A stretch of DNA of 64,000 nucleotides from Armatimonadota bacterium (lineage in GTDB: Bacteria > Armatimonadota > HRBIN16). Below the pieces are notes generated by a model that was not told the DNA's origin, ran no database searches, and saw only the letters and a list, made by a program, of their open reading frames with translations. The DNA lies in contig JBMFOT010000006.1 of the NCBI GenBank assembly GCA_049969495.1, positions 3,108 to 67,107 of the forward strand. Direction: 5' to 3'. This document shows positions 55,645 to 64,000 of this stretch, piece by piece. The position numbers and the translations under genes were made by a program. Every line of letters begins with the position of its first letter. The stretch's first letter is position 1.

Positions 55645-58600
55645 CTAAGCCACCCGCCCTCTCATCTGTTCCTTGACCAGCTCCAGGTTGTGACGGGCGG
55701 CGTGGTGGTTGGGGTCAATGGCCAGCGCTTGCTGGAACGCCATCATCGCCGCCTCGTACGCGCCCATCTGGAAATAGGCGTTGCCCAATGTGAAGAACCC
55801 CTGCGCGTTGATCGGGTCACGCTGTAGCCCGGCGGTGTATGTTTCAGCAGCGGCTTCGTATGCACCCAGCTGGTACAGCACATCTCCGGCGTTGAAGAAG
55901 GCGTTGGCGTCTTCGGGGTTGAGTTCAATCGCACGGGTGAAGCAGGAGAGCGCGCCTTCGTAATCGCCCTGCGCCAGATGCACCCTGCCCAGGTTGACCC
56001 ACGCGGGCGCAAACTGCGGATGCACCACTGTCAGCTCGGTGTAATCCGCCTGCGCTTCATGCCACAGGCCCAGCTTCTCCGCGCAGGTGGCACTGTGCCA
56101 TCGCCATTCCGGGTTGTTCTGGAACGCGCTCACCAGCCTGCGCCATATCGCATAGGCATCCGCCCAGCGTCCAGCCTCTTCGTAGCGCACCGCCAGTTCG
56201 CGGGCGATTTCGGGGTTCTGAGGAGCATCCCGATGCGCCTGTTCGAGCTCTTTCAACGCAGATGCGGTTTCGCCTCTGGTGAACAGCAGCTGAGCCAGCA
56301 GATAGCGCGCTTCCGCGAAGGCAGGTTGTTCCGCCAGCGCGCGACGGCACTCTGCTTCGCTCTTCTCCAGCTGCTCTAACCCCAGATAAGCCTGAGCCAG
56401 TCCGTAGTACGCCTTGAAGCCGCTGATACTGGTATCACCACCGACGAAACGGTCGTCATCGCCTGAGGCTATCGCACGCCGGAACGCTTCCACCGACTCG
56501 GCGTACCGCCGCAGGGAAAGATAAGCGTAGCCATCGGCAAAGTGCAGCCCCGGATGGTCAATCCCCCGCCGGACGGCGCGCTCGTGCACCTGCAGTATCC
56601 GCTCGTATTGCCCCAGAGGATACAGCGCGTTCGCCAGCAACACGTAGCCGATAGCCGCGTGGTCGGCATGTGGTTCTATCCGATCCACAATCGGCTCCAG
56701 CTCGTTCACCGCCTGCTCATACTGTCCGGCGACATAGTAGGCATTGCCCAGATTGAACCGCTGGAACAGGTCGTCAGGGTTCTTTTGCACCTCCTCGCGC
56801 AACATGCGGATGGTGCGTTCGTGCTTGCGCCGGTCGGCAACAATGTCCTGCCGGTAGCCGAGGTGCCGAATGCGCACGCCTTTCAGGTAAGCTATCTCGT
56901 AGCCATTACGCTCCAGAGAGGGCACAACCTGCTCGTGAATGCGCCCCTCAAAGCGCGTGATGGGCAGGCGACGAAACAGACGGCAGGCACGGTGCACGAA
57001 AGTGCTGCTACTGTGCTGGTCGCCGACATCGTTCGCAATCTCCACCAGGTAACCGGCAAACTGCGGGTCACGAATAGCGTTACGGATGGCCTCTGCACTG
57101 CCTCTGTCCAGCCGCTCGTCGGCGTCCAGCCAAAGCACCCACTCGCCGGTTGCATGTTGCAGCGATACATTGCGGGCATCGGAGAAGTCGTCGCGCCAGG
57201 GATGATGCACCACTTTTGCGCCGTACCGTTGCGCGATTTGCACCGTGCGGTCGGTGGAGCCGGTATCCACCAGCACAATCTCGTCCACCAGCCCCTGCAC
57301 ACTTTTCAGACAATCCTCGATGAACGCCTCCTCATCTCTTGCTATCATACACAGGGAAATGGTGGGATGAGCCTTCTTCTGCGAGCGCGTTGCCACAGGC
57401 TGGCTACCAGATTGCACAGGCGGCGTTGTGGCACTGCTCTGTTGCAGTAAGCGACCTGCCCGCTGCAACTCATTCTGCAAAGCGTGTTTGCCCCGCTTCA
57501 GGGAACGCTTTTGCAATTTCGTGTACAGCCCGCGCAGCAGTTCTATCGCCTCCTCGCATTCAGGGTTCAGCTCCACCGCGCGGATGGCATGACGGAGCGC
57601 TTCCTGCGAGCGACCGGTTTGCAGAAGAATATACGCCAGGTGGTAGTGCAACTCAAAATCCTCACCAATCTGTATCCCCTGCCGCAGTGCACCCTCTGCC
57701 CGGGCGATACTGCCCGCCTGAAAGTAAGCCACGCCCAGCCCACAATACGCCTTGAGCTGTTGTGGCTGCTCACGGACCAGCCTTTCCAGAAGAACAATCG
57801 CTTCATCGTAGTTTTCCTGAGCCACATAGTCGGCGGCGCGGTAGATGATGGGTTCGGCATCTTCTGCTGGGGATTTCCCGCTCGCACGAGACAATCTGCC
57901 TGCCGCCACCTGCGCAGCGTGATCCCAGGTGAGGTTCTCGCGTACCCATCGGGCAGCGCGTTCGGCGACTGCTTTCGCGCCTTCGTAGTCGTGGTATACT
58001 CGCTCCATCAGCGCTTCCATCTCGTTGCGCTCCGGCTTCGCCCAGAACGGACGGCTCACCGTCTCCATATCACCAATCAGGTTATCCGGGAAGTACTCCA
58101 CACCTGCCGGGATGAGGAATGCTCGCTCTTCGTTGCAGAAGTCCATCGCCGCGCCAAAGCCGGTGACAATAACTGGCAGACCACACGCCATCGCTTCCGC
58201 AATGGGCAAGCCGAAGCCCTCACCGCGATAGGGGTGCACCAGCACGTGGCAGGCGCGATAGAGCGCGTTCATCTGCTGCTCGTCCAGCTCGTCGGCGATG
58301 TAGATGATTTCGGGTACGTCCGGCTGCTTCTGGAACCAGCGGATTTGCTCCACAAAGTTCTGCCCGCGATAGAAGGTGTTCATCCCGAAGTCTTTAATCA
58401 CCAGCGCCACGTCATCGGAACGGGTGAAGGTGCGCGTGTAGCCGTCCAGCAAAATGTCAATGCCCTTGCGGGGTATTGTGCCCCCCACGAACAGGAAGCG
58501 GAACCGTTTCTGTGTGGGCAGTTCCATCGGTGGAACGGGCTCGAAAAAGCTCTCGGAAACGCCGTTGGGAACCACTATCACCTTTTCCGCCTGCACGCCA

Positions 58601-59004
58601 TCGCGCACATAGCACTCCCTCACGAAGGTGGAAGGGACCCACAGCTCGTCCACGTTACGGTTGATAGCATCTACCCACTCTACGGGAATGGAGCCGAACT
58701 CCCAAGGCTGAATCACGATGAATCGCTCTGCGTTTGGACGTTGCCAGTTGGGCGGCCAGTGGTGGCGTATCCACACGTCGATATGCCGAGGCAAACGGCG
58801 CATCCTCTCCTCGATGAACTTCCAGCGCGGGTCACCGTGCAGCGCGCCGTCATCGGTGGGATGCGGTACCAGATAGAATTGCCACTCCGGCATCAGTCGA
58901 TGTAGCGCGGTAACCAGTTCCCTGTTCACCAGCGCAAGGCTATGCCTCGCCAGAAAAGCCCCTTCCCAGACGATATGAAGTTGCGCATCGCCTGCGGTTT
59001 TCAT
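55645..59004 (-). CDS. Giant multidomain glycosyltransferase (~1119 aa): GT4-like domain, TPR, GT2 domain, long C-terminal TPR array
   Basis: GT4/GT1 region (...HVLVHPYRGEGFGLPIAEAMACGLPVIVTGFG). GT2 region (ISLCMIARDEEAFIEDCLKSVQGLVDEIVLVDTGSTDRTVQIAQRYGAKVVHHPWRDDFSDARNVSLQHATGEWVLWLDADERL). More than 10 TPR units at the C-terminus. Start refined to the ATG at 59004, with GGGAGGA SD. Confidence 0.8.
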   Translation of the reverse strand: MKTAGDAQLHIVWEGAFLARHSLALVNRELVTALHRLMPEWQFYLVPHPTDDGALHGDPRWKFIEERMRRLPRHIDVWIRHHWPPNWQRPNAERFIVIQPWEFGSIPVEWVDAINRNVDELWVPSTFVRECYVRDGVQAEKVIVVPNGVSESFFEPVPPMELPTQKRFRFLFVGGTIPRKGIDILLDGYTRTFTRSDDVALVIKDFGMNTFYRGQNFVEQIRWFQKQPDVPEIIYIADELDEQQMNALYRACHVLVHPYRGEGFGLPIAEAMACGLPVIVTGFGAAMDFCNEERAFLIPAGVEYFPDNLIGDMETVSRPFWAKPERNEMEALMERVYHDYEGAKAVAERAARWVRENLTWDHAAQVAAGRLSRASGKSPAEDAEPIIYRAADYVAQENYDEAIVLLERLVREQPQQLKAYCGLGVAYFQAGSIARAEGALRQGIQIGEDFELHYHLAYILLQTGRSQEALRHAIRAVELNPECEEAIELLRGLYTKLQKRSLKRGKHALQNELQRAGRLLQQSSATTPPVQSGSQPVATRSQKKAHPTISLCMIARDEEAFIEDCLKSVQGLVDEIVLVDTGSTDRTVQIAQRYGAKVVHHPWRDDFSDARNVSLQHATGEWVLWLDADERLDRGSAEAIRNAIRDPQFAGYLVEIANDVGDQHSSSTFVHRACRLFRRLPITRFEGRIHEQVVPSLERNGYEIAYLKGVRIRHLGYRQDIVADRRKHERTIRMLREEVQKNPDDLFQRFNLGNAYYVAGQYEQAVNELEPIVDRIEPHADHAAIGYVLLANALYPLGQYERILQVHERAVRRGIDHPGLHFADGYAYLSLRRYAESVEAFRRAIASGDDDRFVGGDTSISGFKAYYGLAQAYLGLEQLEKSEAECRRALAEQPAFAEARYLLAQLLFTRGETASALKELEQAHRDAPQNPEIARELAVRYEEAGRWADAYAIWRRLVSAFQNNPEWRWHSATCAEKLGLWHEAQADYTELTVVHPQFAPAWVNLGRVHLAQGDYEGALSCFTRAIELNPEDANAFFNAGDVLYQLGAYEAAAETYTAGLQRDPINAQGFFTLGNAYFQMGAYEAAMMAFQQALAIDPNHHAARHNLELVKEQMRGRVA

Positions 59005-59026
59005 CTGTTTGTCCTCCCTGTACCGT

Positions 59027-62000
59027 TCACGCCGCCTTCTCGCGTAAACGCTCGCATTGCGTCCCGTACCTTGTTTGCAGCACGCTATCGAAGCGGCTAC
59101 CGCCCAGTACCACCCGTCCAAAGAAGTTCTCAGGTAGACAGTCGGTAATCTCGATGTCCGCACAGTGTTCGGGGTCATAGCCCAACGATACCACGTACTG
59201 CGCCAGCAACTCGTACGCCTCTTGCGCGTTAAAAGCGTTGTGCACGCCCGCGTAGAGCCGAAGCAGTGCACCATCACCCGGCTGGTGCTCACGAAGATAC
59301 TCGCAAACTATCGGTTGCCATGTCTGCGGTTCGTTCCAGTCTGGCAGAGACAGGATGGTGCCCTGTTCCTGGAGCACTTGCTCATACGCCTCTGCGGTTG
59401 CCCTCGCTGTCTCCGACCACGTGTAGTGCTTCAGGATATACTCACGGAACGCCTCGCGCTTTGCCGGGTCGCGCTCTTCCCATGCCTGCAGCACCGCCTC
59501 GCGCACCGAATCCACATCGGCGGGGTTGCAGTAGTAGGCGAAATCCCCAAAGTATTCCCGCTCCGCCCCTTGATTGCCCACCACGACGGCACAACCGGCG
59601 AGCGCGGCTTCCATGCTCGTTAAGCCGGGCGTCTCCGCCCACGAAGGCATGGCGTGCACTCGCGCCGCCGCATATGCACTGGCTAGCAGTTCGGGCGAGA
59701 GCTCGCCCACAAAATGCACATTTTCGCCTGCCCACTGCCGGCACAGCGCACCGTATTCCGGCTCGGAGACCTTGCCTGCCAGCACCAGAGGGATACCCGT
59801 GTCGCGCATCGCCCATATCAGCATCAGCTGGTTCTTAAACGGCTCAATGCGCGCCGCGCACAGCACAAAATCGCGCAAGCCAAAACGCCGGGCAAAGGCA
59901 TCGGGCGTTGCCTGAACAAACCGCTCCGGGCGCACCGCGTTGGGCACTACCTGCGCCGGCTTGTAGCCCAGGCGGAAATACCTGCGCAATGCGGCGAGCT
60001 CCCACCGGCAGTTGGGCAAAAGTATCTGCGCTCGGCGCACAACACGCTCCTTAACGCGCTTCATCTCCCCCGGTTCATCCAGCGATTGAGGGTCTACGCC
60101 TTGCACCCGCAGCCGCCCCTCTTTCCACGCTCGCAACGCCTCCTCTACCTGTGCGGTCGTCTGTTGTCGGAAGACCGCCGCGCCTACCGTTACCGGATAG
60201 AAGGCTGTGTTATCGCGGAAGATAGTGGAGACGACCAGCGGTTTGTCGGTGCGCTCTAAGTGTTCTACTTTATCCGCATGGTACAGGCTGAAGGCGTGGA
60301 TCAGGTCGTAAGGCTCTTCGGGCAGGCGCAGGGATACCGACACATCTGCCACCACCCCTTGTTCCCTAAGCGCCAGCAGCGTCTCGAAAAGCTGTGTTTC
60401 GCCGCCGCCCAGCATCTCTAAGGCACGTTGGTGGGTGGTCATGAGTACCCGATGACGCACCGGCTCGACTCGCTGCCCCTTCCAGCCGAAAGCGAAAAGC
60501 CATGAGCAGTCGTTTTCAGGGTCTATCAGGTGCGCTGTTGCGCCAAAGGTTTGCTCTACCTCCGTACGCCAGTGCTGGGGGTTCTGCGGGAACACCGGCA
60601 CACCGATGAAGAAGCTGCCCCCATCACGCAGCCTGTGCACCGCATCCTGCCACCCTTCGCCAAACACAATCAGCGCGTCTGCCTGCTCGTGTTCCGACGC
60701 TTCGTTCCAGCCCTCGCCCGGCGGTTCACCATCTGCTACCCTGAGAATCACCACCCTCCCCCCGGGCTCTCGCTGGAGCCTTTGCCATAGCCTGCGCCAC
60801 CACGAAGGCGGGACAGGTGCTGTTGTTTCGCCTCCTGAAAAAGCAAGCACATGGGACAACTTCTTCTGAACTACCTGAACCCTGCCTGCCGCTGCATCCG
60901 CCGCGAAGCGCAAAAACTCTTCCGCGCTGGCGGGCAACAGGTCATCTCCTGCCCATCCCTCACACAGGCGCAATTCGGCATAGCGAATCTGGTCGGCGAG
61001 CGCGCTCATCGCGGCACAGGCGGAGAGCAAAAAGCCGTGCGCACCGTCCCGATAGCCCTGCGTCTCGTCGTAGTAGAAGCGAAACGCATAGCCCATTGCT
61101 GCGGCAAGCGTCTGCCACGAGCAGGGAGCGCGTTCTTCCAGCATCTGCTGCGCTGCGCTCTGGGAGTAGTGGTTGAGCTTGCGCATATAATGCTCCAGAG
61201 TGGGCATCGAGTGGTGCTCGATAGCACAGTCGGGATTATCGGGCGGGAAGAGAACGATTTTGCCAAATACCTTTACCCCCTCATGCGCCGCACCCAACCA
61301 TTCAAACCTGCCTCTGCGCAATAGCATCGGCGCTTTGTATCCGGGATACCACTGCCCCGCATAGCGTATCCATTTGCCCAGAAAGTAGTTCTTGTAGGTC
61401 AGCTTGACCGCCGCCACCTCGTTGTCCAGCTCGGGCAGCATCTGCCTTAGTGCATCTACCAGCGCATCGGGCACACGTTCATCGGCATCCACGTATAGAA
61501 CCCACTCATAGCGCGCGTGCTGGGCGCTGGCGTTGCGTGCCAGGTCAAAGTCGAGAATCAGCGGGTGGTGATATACCTTGTCCGTGTAGCGGCGGGCGAT
61601 TTCCACCGTGCGGTCGGTGCTCTCCATATCCATCACAATGATCTCGCCCGCCCAATCCTTCACCCGCTCCAGGCACTCGGCGATGTTGCGCTCCTCGTTG
61701 CGCGTGTGCACGATAACGCTGACCGGCAACCGTCCCTGTGCAAGAGCCTCTTCAGGCGAAGAGGTTTCCCAAACCGTTGGTGGTGGCAGTACTATCGCCC
61801 GCGCGTTTCCAGCATATTCACGGCATACGGCAACGTAGATTTCTTGTCCATCGTTGGTCTCCTCAACGATATCGAACTCCATCGCCGTGTGCGGCAGCTG
61901 ACGCGAGCGCACCTGTCCGAAAAGCTGCACACGGTGAAACCGGCTCTCCAGCAGTCGGCGAAACTCCTCCAACGTCATCAGCGAGACATGGTAGGGGTCG

Positions 62001-62827
62001 GGGTAGTGGATGTACACGTGTTTGTTCGGCGTGGAGAGGATGACCATACCGTCCGGCTTGAGCACGCGGGCGATCTCGGCAAAGAAAGCCTCCATTTGCC
62101 CCACAGGCACGTGCTCAATCACCTCAAAGCTCACCACTGCGTCGAAAGAACCCCCCTCAAAAGGCAACCCCTGCCTGTCGCTGATCGGCGCGATACGCAC
62201 GCGCTGAATCCTCTCATCTGGATAGGTCTGCTCGCCGTAGCGCAGGGGGAAACCGTCCACATCCGCTGCAACAACCTGCGCTGCCCGCCGGGCAAGTATC
62301 TTCGCGCCGTAGCCCGTTCCGCAGCCCAGGTCCAGCACGCGCATCTCCTGTACCCGCTCGCTGGCAAAGAGGTAACGTTTTGCGCTGTGGATATACAGCT
62401 CGTTCCAGGCGAAGCCTGGTGCCACCCTGTTTTCTCCTCCGCCATCCAGTCGGGGCACATCCTCCGGTACCGGAAAGTCGGCGTTGAGAATCATTCCGTG
62501 TGCGGCTTCCGGGTTTGCGTACACCGCCTGCAGTGCGTTGATCAGGGCATGGGTGACCAGCTTCTGCCACGTTCCATCAATATGTTGAAATGGCGTGGGG
62601 AAGTTCAGGTGGAGTTCCCCATCATGTACATCGAGAGCGATAAACTGCCACACCATGCGACGCCTGAGGTGGCGATGATAGAGAAATACATCCGCCGTAT
62701 ACAGCGACTGCCGGTCACGCTCCAGGCGTATCCGTTGCACAACGGCGCCATCAGCACCAGCAGAGGTAAACGCTTCAACATCTCGCGCTGTGTACGGGAT
62801 GAAACCATCCCATTGAGTGATGGGCAT
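59027..62827 (-). CDS. Giant multidomain protein (~1266 aa): class I SAM methyltransferase, GT2 glycosyltransferase, unknown middle region, C-terminal GT4 glycosyltransferase
   Basis: MTase motif I (VLDLGCGTGYGAKILARRAAQVVAADVD). GT2 (VSVIVHTRNEERNIAECLERVKDWAGEIIVMDMESTDRTVEIARRYTDKVYHHPLILDFDLARNASAQHARYEWVLYVDADERV). GT4 (FGLRDFVLCAARIEPFKNQ...HAMPSWAETPGLTSMEAALAGCAVVVG). Ends 22 nt upstream of the next giant GT gene. Confidence 0.8.
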   Translation of the reverse strand: MPITQWDGFIPYTARDVEAFTSAGADGAVVQRIRLERDRQSLYTADVFLYHRHLRRRMVWQFIALDVHDGELHLNFPTPFQHIDGTWQKLVTHALINALQAVYANPEAAHGMILNADFPVPEDVPRLDGGGENRVAPGFAWNELYIHSAKRYLFASERVQEMRVLDLGCGTGYGAKILARRAAQVVAADVDGFPLRYGEQTYPDERIQRVRIAPISDRQGLPFEGGSFDAVVSFEVIEHVPVGQMEAFFAEIARVLKPDGMVILSTPNKHVYIHYPDPYHVSLMTLEEFRRLLESRFHRVQLFGQVRSRQLPHTAMEFDIVEETNDGQEIYVAVCREYAGNARAIVLPPPTVWETSSPEEALAQGRLPVSVIVHTRNEERNIAECLERVKDWAGEIIVMDMESTDRTVEIARRYTDKVYHHPLILDFDLARNASAQHARYEWVLYVDADERVPDALVDALRQMLPELDNEVAAVKLTYKNYFLGKWIRYAGQWYPGYKAPMLLRRGRFEWLGAAHEGVKVFGKIVLFPPDNPDCAIEHHSMPTLEHYMRKLNHYSQSAAQQMLEERAPCSWQTLAAAMGYAFRFYYDETQGYRDGAHGFLLSACAAMSALADQIRYAELRLCEGWAGDDLLPASAEEFLRFAADAAAGRVQVVQKKLSHVLAFSGGETTAPVPPSWWRRLWQRLQREPGGRVVILRVADGEPPGEGWNEASEHEQADALIVFGEGWQDAVHRLRDGGSFFIGVPVFPQNPQHWRTEVEQTFGATAHLIDPENDCSWLFAFGWKGQRVEPVRHRVLMTTHQRALEMLGGGETQLFETLLALREQGVVADVSVSLRLPEEPYDLIHAFSLYHADKVEHLERTDKPLVVSTIFRDNTAFYPVTVGAAVFRQQTTAQVEEALRAWKEGRLRVQGVDPQSLDEPGEMKRVKERVVRRAQILLPNCRWELAALRRYFRLGYKPAQVVPNAVRPERFVQATPDAFARRFGLRDFVLCAARIEPFKNQLMLIWAMRDTGIPLVLAGKVSEPEYGALCRQWAGENVHFVGELSPELLASAYAAARVHAMPSWAETPGLTSMEAALAGCAVVVGNQGAEREYFGDFAYYCNPADVDSVREAVLQAWEERDPAKREAFREYILKHYTWSETARATAEAYEQVLQEQGTILSLPDWNEPQTWQPIVCEYLREHQPGDGALLRLYAGVHNAFNAQEAYELLAQYVVSLGYDPEHCADIEITDCLPENFFGRVVLGGSRFDSVLQTRYGTQCERLREKAA

Positions 62828-62881
62828 GAGTTGCGCTCCTAGTATCCCTTCTTGAAATCGTTCCCCACGCCGGTTTGCTGG

Positions 62882-63133
62882 CTAAGCAGCGGTACGTGCA
62901 GAGGTACTATCGCGGTAACTCTGCGCCAGCACTCGCCGCGCCCCGGCGATGCTGTACATCTCTTGCTTGAGTAGCCGTTTAATCTCCAGAATCAGCGTCA
63001 CGTCATCTGCCGAGTAACGGCGTTGCTTGCCGCCGGTGCGCCTGGGTTTGAGAAACTCGCTGAACTCTTTCTCCCAGTAGCGCAGAGTGTGCACTTCTAC
63101 TCCGGTGAGCGCGCTGACCGCGCCTATCGACAT
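62882..63133 (-). CDS. MerR-family transcriptional regulator (HTH only, short)
   Basis: MSIGAVSALTGVEVHTLRYWEKEFSEFLKPRRTGGKQRRYSADDVTLILEIKRLLK shows the MerR HTH signature. Start refined to 63133. Confidence 0.8.
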   Translation of the reverse strand: MSIGAVSALTGVEVHTLRYWEKEFSEFLKPRRTGGKQRRYSADDVTLILEIKRLLKQEMYSIAGARRVLAQSYRDSTSARTAA

Positions 63134-63338
63134 TGACCCTCCGTTGTACAATGGCGACCGTCGCATCGTTCTCCTCCATGAGAATGATGTTCCCCCGCAA
63201 TCCTGCGAGGTGTTTCCACCCAGATTATCGGCATGTCCCCTTGCAATCTGTAGTGCTCTGTGAGGTTTTGACGAAACCCGCAGGGTCATGATATACTGTG
63301 AGGGCAAACCTGCTCATCGTTACAGGAGGGAATGCAGC

Positions 63339-64000
63339 GTGCGCAAAATCGCGGTATTTCTGGGTCTCTGGTCTCTACTGAGCACACTGTCTCTGGCACA
63401 AACCGGGCAACCCACGCAACCGCCTGTCTCAACTACCTTACCGTCTTCCAGCGGTCAGGCGGGAAATCAAGAGGTAACCCCTGCCTCAACGAACAACACC
63501 GCTCCGACAATGTCGTCGGAAGGGCGTCCCAGGCAAACGGCGCCGCTAGAAAAGTTCGGCTACAGCTACTTTAAGCAAGCACGGCAAGCCATTGACCTGC
63601 GAAGGCTCTATTTCCAGATGTTGTTGCAGGGTACCTTGCAAGCTAGTCCGCCACCTATCCCGCGTCCTGAGCGGACCGCTTTATCAGAACAGCAAAAAGT
63701 CGCAGATCAAACCGAGGTGCAGGAGGCAACCGAAAGCACCTCCGCAAAGGGTTCTACATCACAAGCCACCGCTGCTGGACAAGCAGGCACGACCAATCCG
63801 GGCAGCGTGCTTCCACAAACCCACACGGGCACTCGTGAAGGCAGAAACAGCGTGTCTACGCAAACTCGCATGGACACACCGGTTACGCCTGCAGAGACGC
63901 AAAGCCCGATACTGCCAGGAGACGTGCCGCAGCGCAGCATCTTTGGGCAGCAGATTCCGGGTTTACCCCAACTCAATATACCATATCAGCCGCAACTGGC
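63339..64000 (+). CDS. Secreted protein, possibly polysaccharide-export (Wza-like) N-terminal region (partial; continues beyond window)
   Basis: GTG start with GGAGGG SD 9 nt upstream. Signal peptide VRKIAVFLGLWSLLSTLSLAQ. A Ser/Thr/Pro/Gln-rich linker, then ...FGYSYFKQ...SIFGQQIPGLP, reminiscent of Poly_export N-termini. Open to the window end. Confidence 0.4.
   Translation, partial: MRKIAVFLGLWSLLSTLSLAQTGQPTQPPVSTTLPSSSGQAGNQEVTPASTNNTAPTMSSEGRPRQTAPLEKFGYSYFKQARQAIDLRRLYFQMLLQGTLQASPPPIPRPERTALSEQQKVADQTEVQEATESTSAKGSTSQATAAGQAGTTNPGSVLPQTHTGTREGRNSVSTQTRMDTPVTPAETQSPILPGDVPQRSIFGQQIPGLPQLNIPYQPQL

Noticed and set aside
57484-62842. Plus-strand ORFs 57484-58905 (473 aa) and 61517-62842 (441 aa)
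   Set aside because: They are antisense to the giant glycosyltransferase genes and have no motifs. They are shadow ORFs.
1-64000. tRNA or rRNA genes
   Set aside because: I scanned the intergenic regions for T-loop signatures (GGTTCGAATCC-like and its reverse complement) and for rRNA-like conserved blocks and found none. All intergenic gaps are under 750 bp and are explained by promoters, terminators or gene remnants.

Overview
This is a high-GC (~60%) bacterial chromosomal segment with genes packed densely on both strands. The core is housekeeping: rimM-KH-rpsP-ffh, a gcvT-gcvH-gcvPA and livJHMGF cluster, pabBC, lexA, a 2-oxoacid dehydrogenase E1a/E1b/E2 set, coaBC-gmk, selA, queG and comEA. 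Two tandem SLH/coiled-coil/beta-barrel OmpM-like porins, three prepilin-type DUF1559 (H-X9-DG) genes and a dockerin-bearing secreted protein suggest a diderm Terrabacteria or Armatimonadota-like organism; this is inferred, not proven. Accessory content is the interesting part. A hicAB toxin-antitoxin cassette is bracketed by perfect 51-bp direct repeats from a GC-rich REP-like hairpin family. Each DUF1559 pilin-like gene is followed by one or two tiny membrane or lipoprotein genes, and two of these share a motif I do not recognise, EGYYxGPMLPKSQR. Two adjacent giant multidomain glycosyltransferases (about 1120 and 1266 aa) form an operon that runs into a HEPN/MNT pair and queG. Also present are a PAS-HATPase-REC protein without a HisKA domain, a tandem-repeat protein with three copies of a ~62-aa repeat, and several gene remnants. 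I found no rRNA, tRNA or CRISPR. Many 'M' residues in the ORF track are TTG or GTG codons. I anchored features to ORF-track coordinates; at one locus (around 55201) my own base counting was off by one, so non-coding coordinates are about +/-2 bp.
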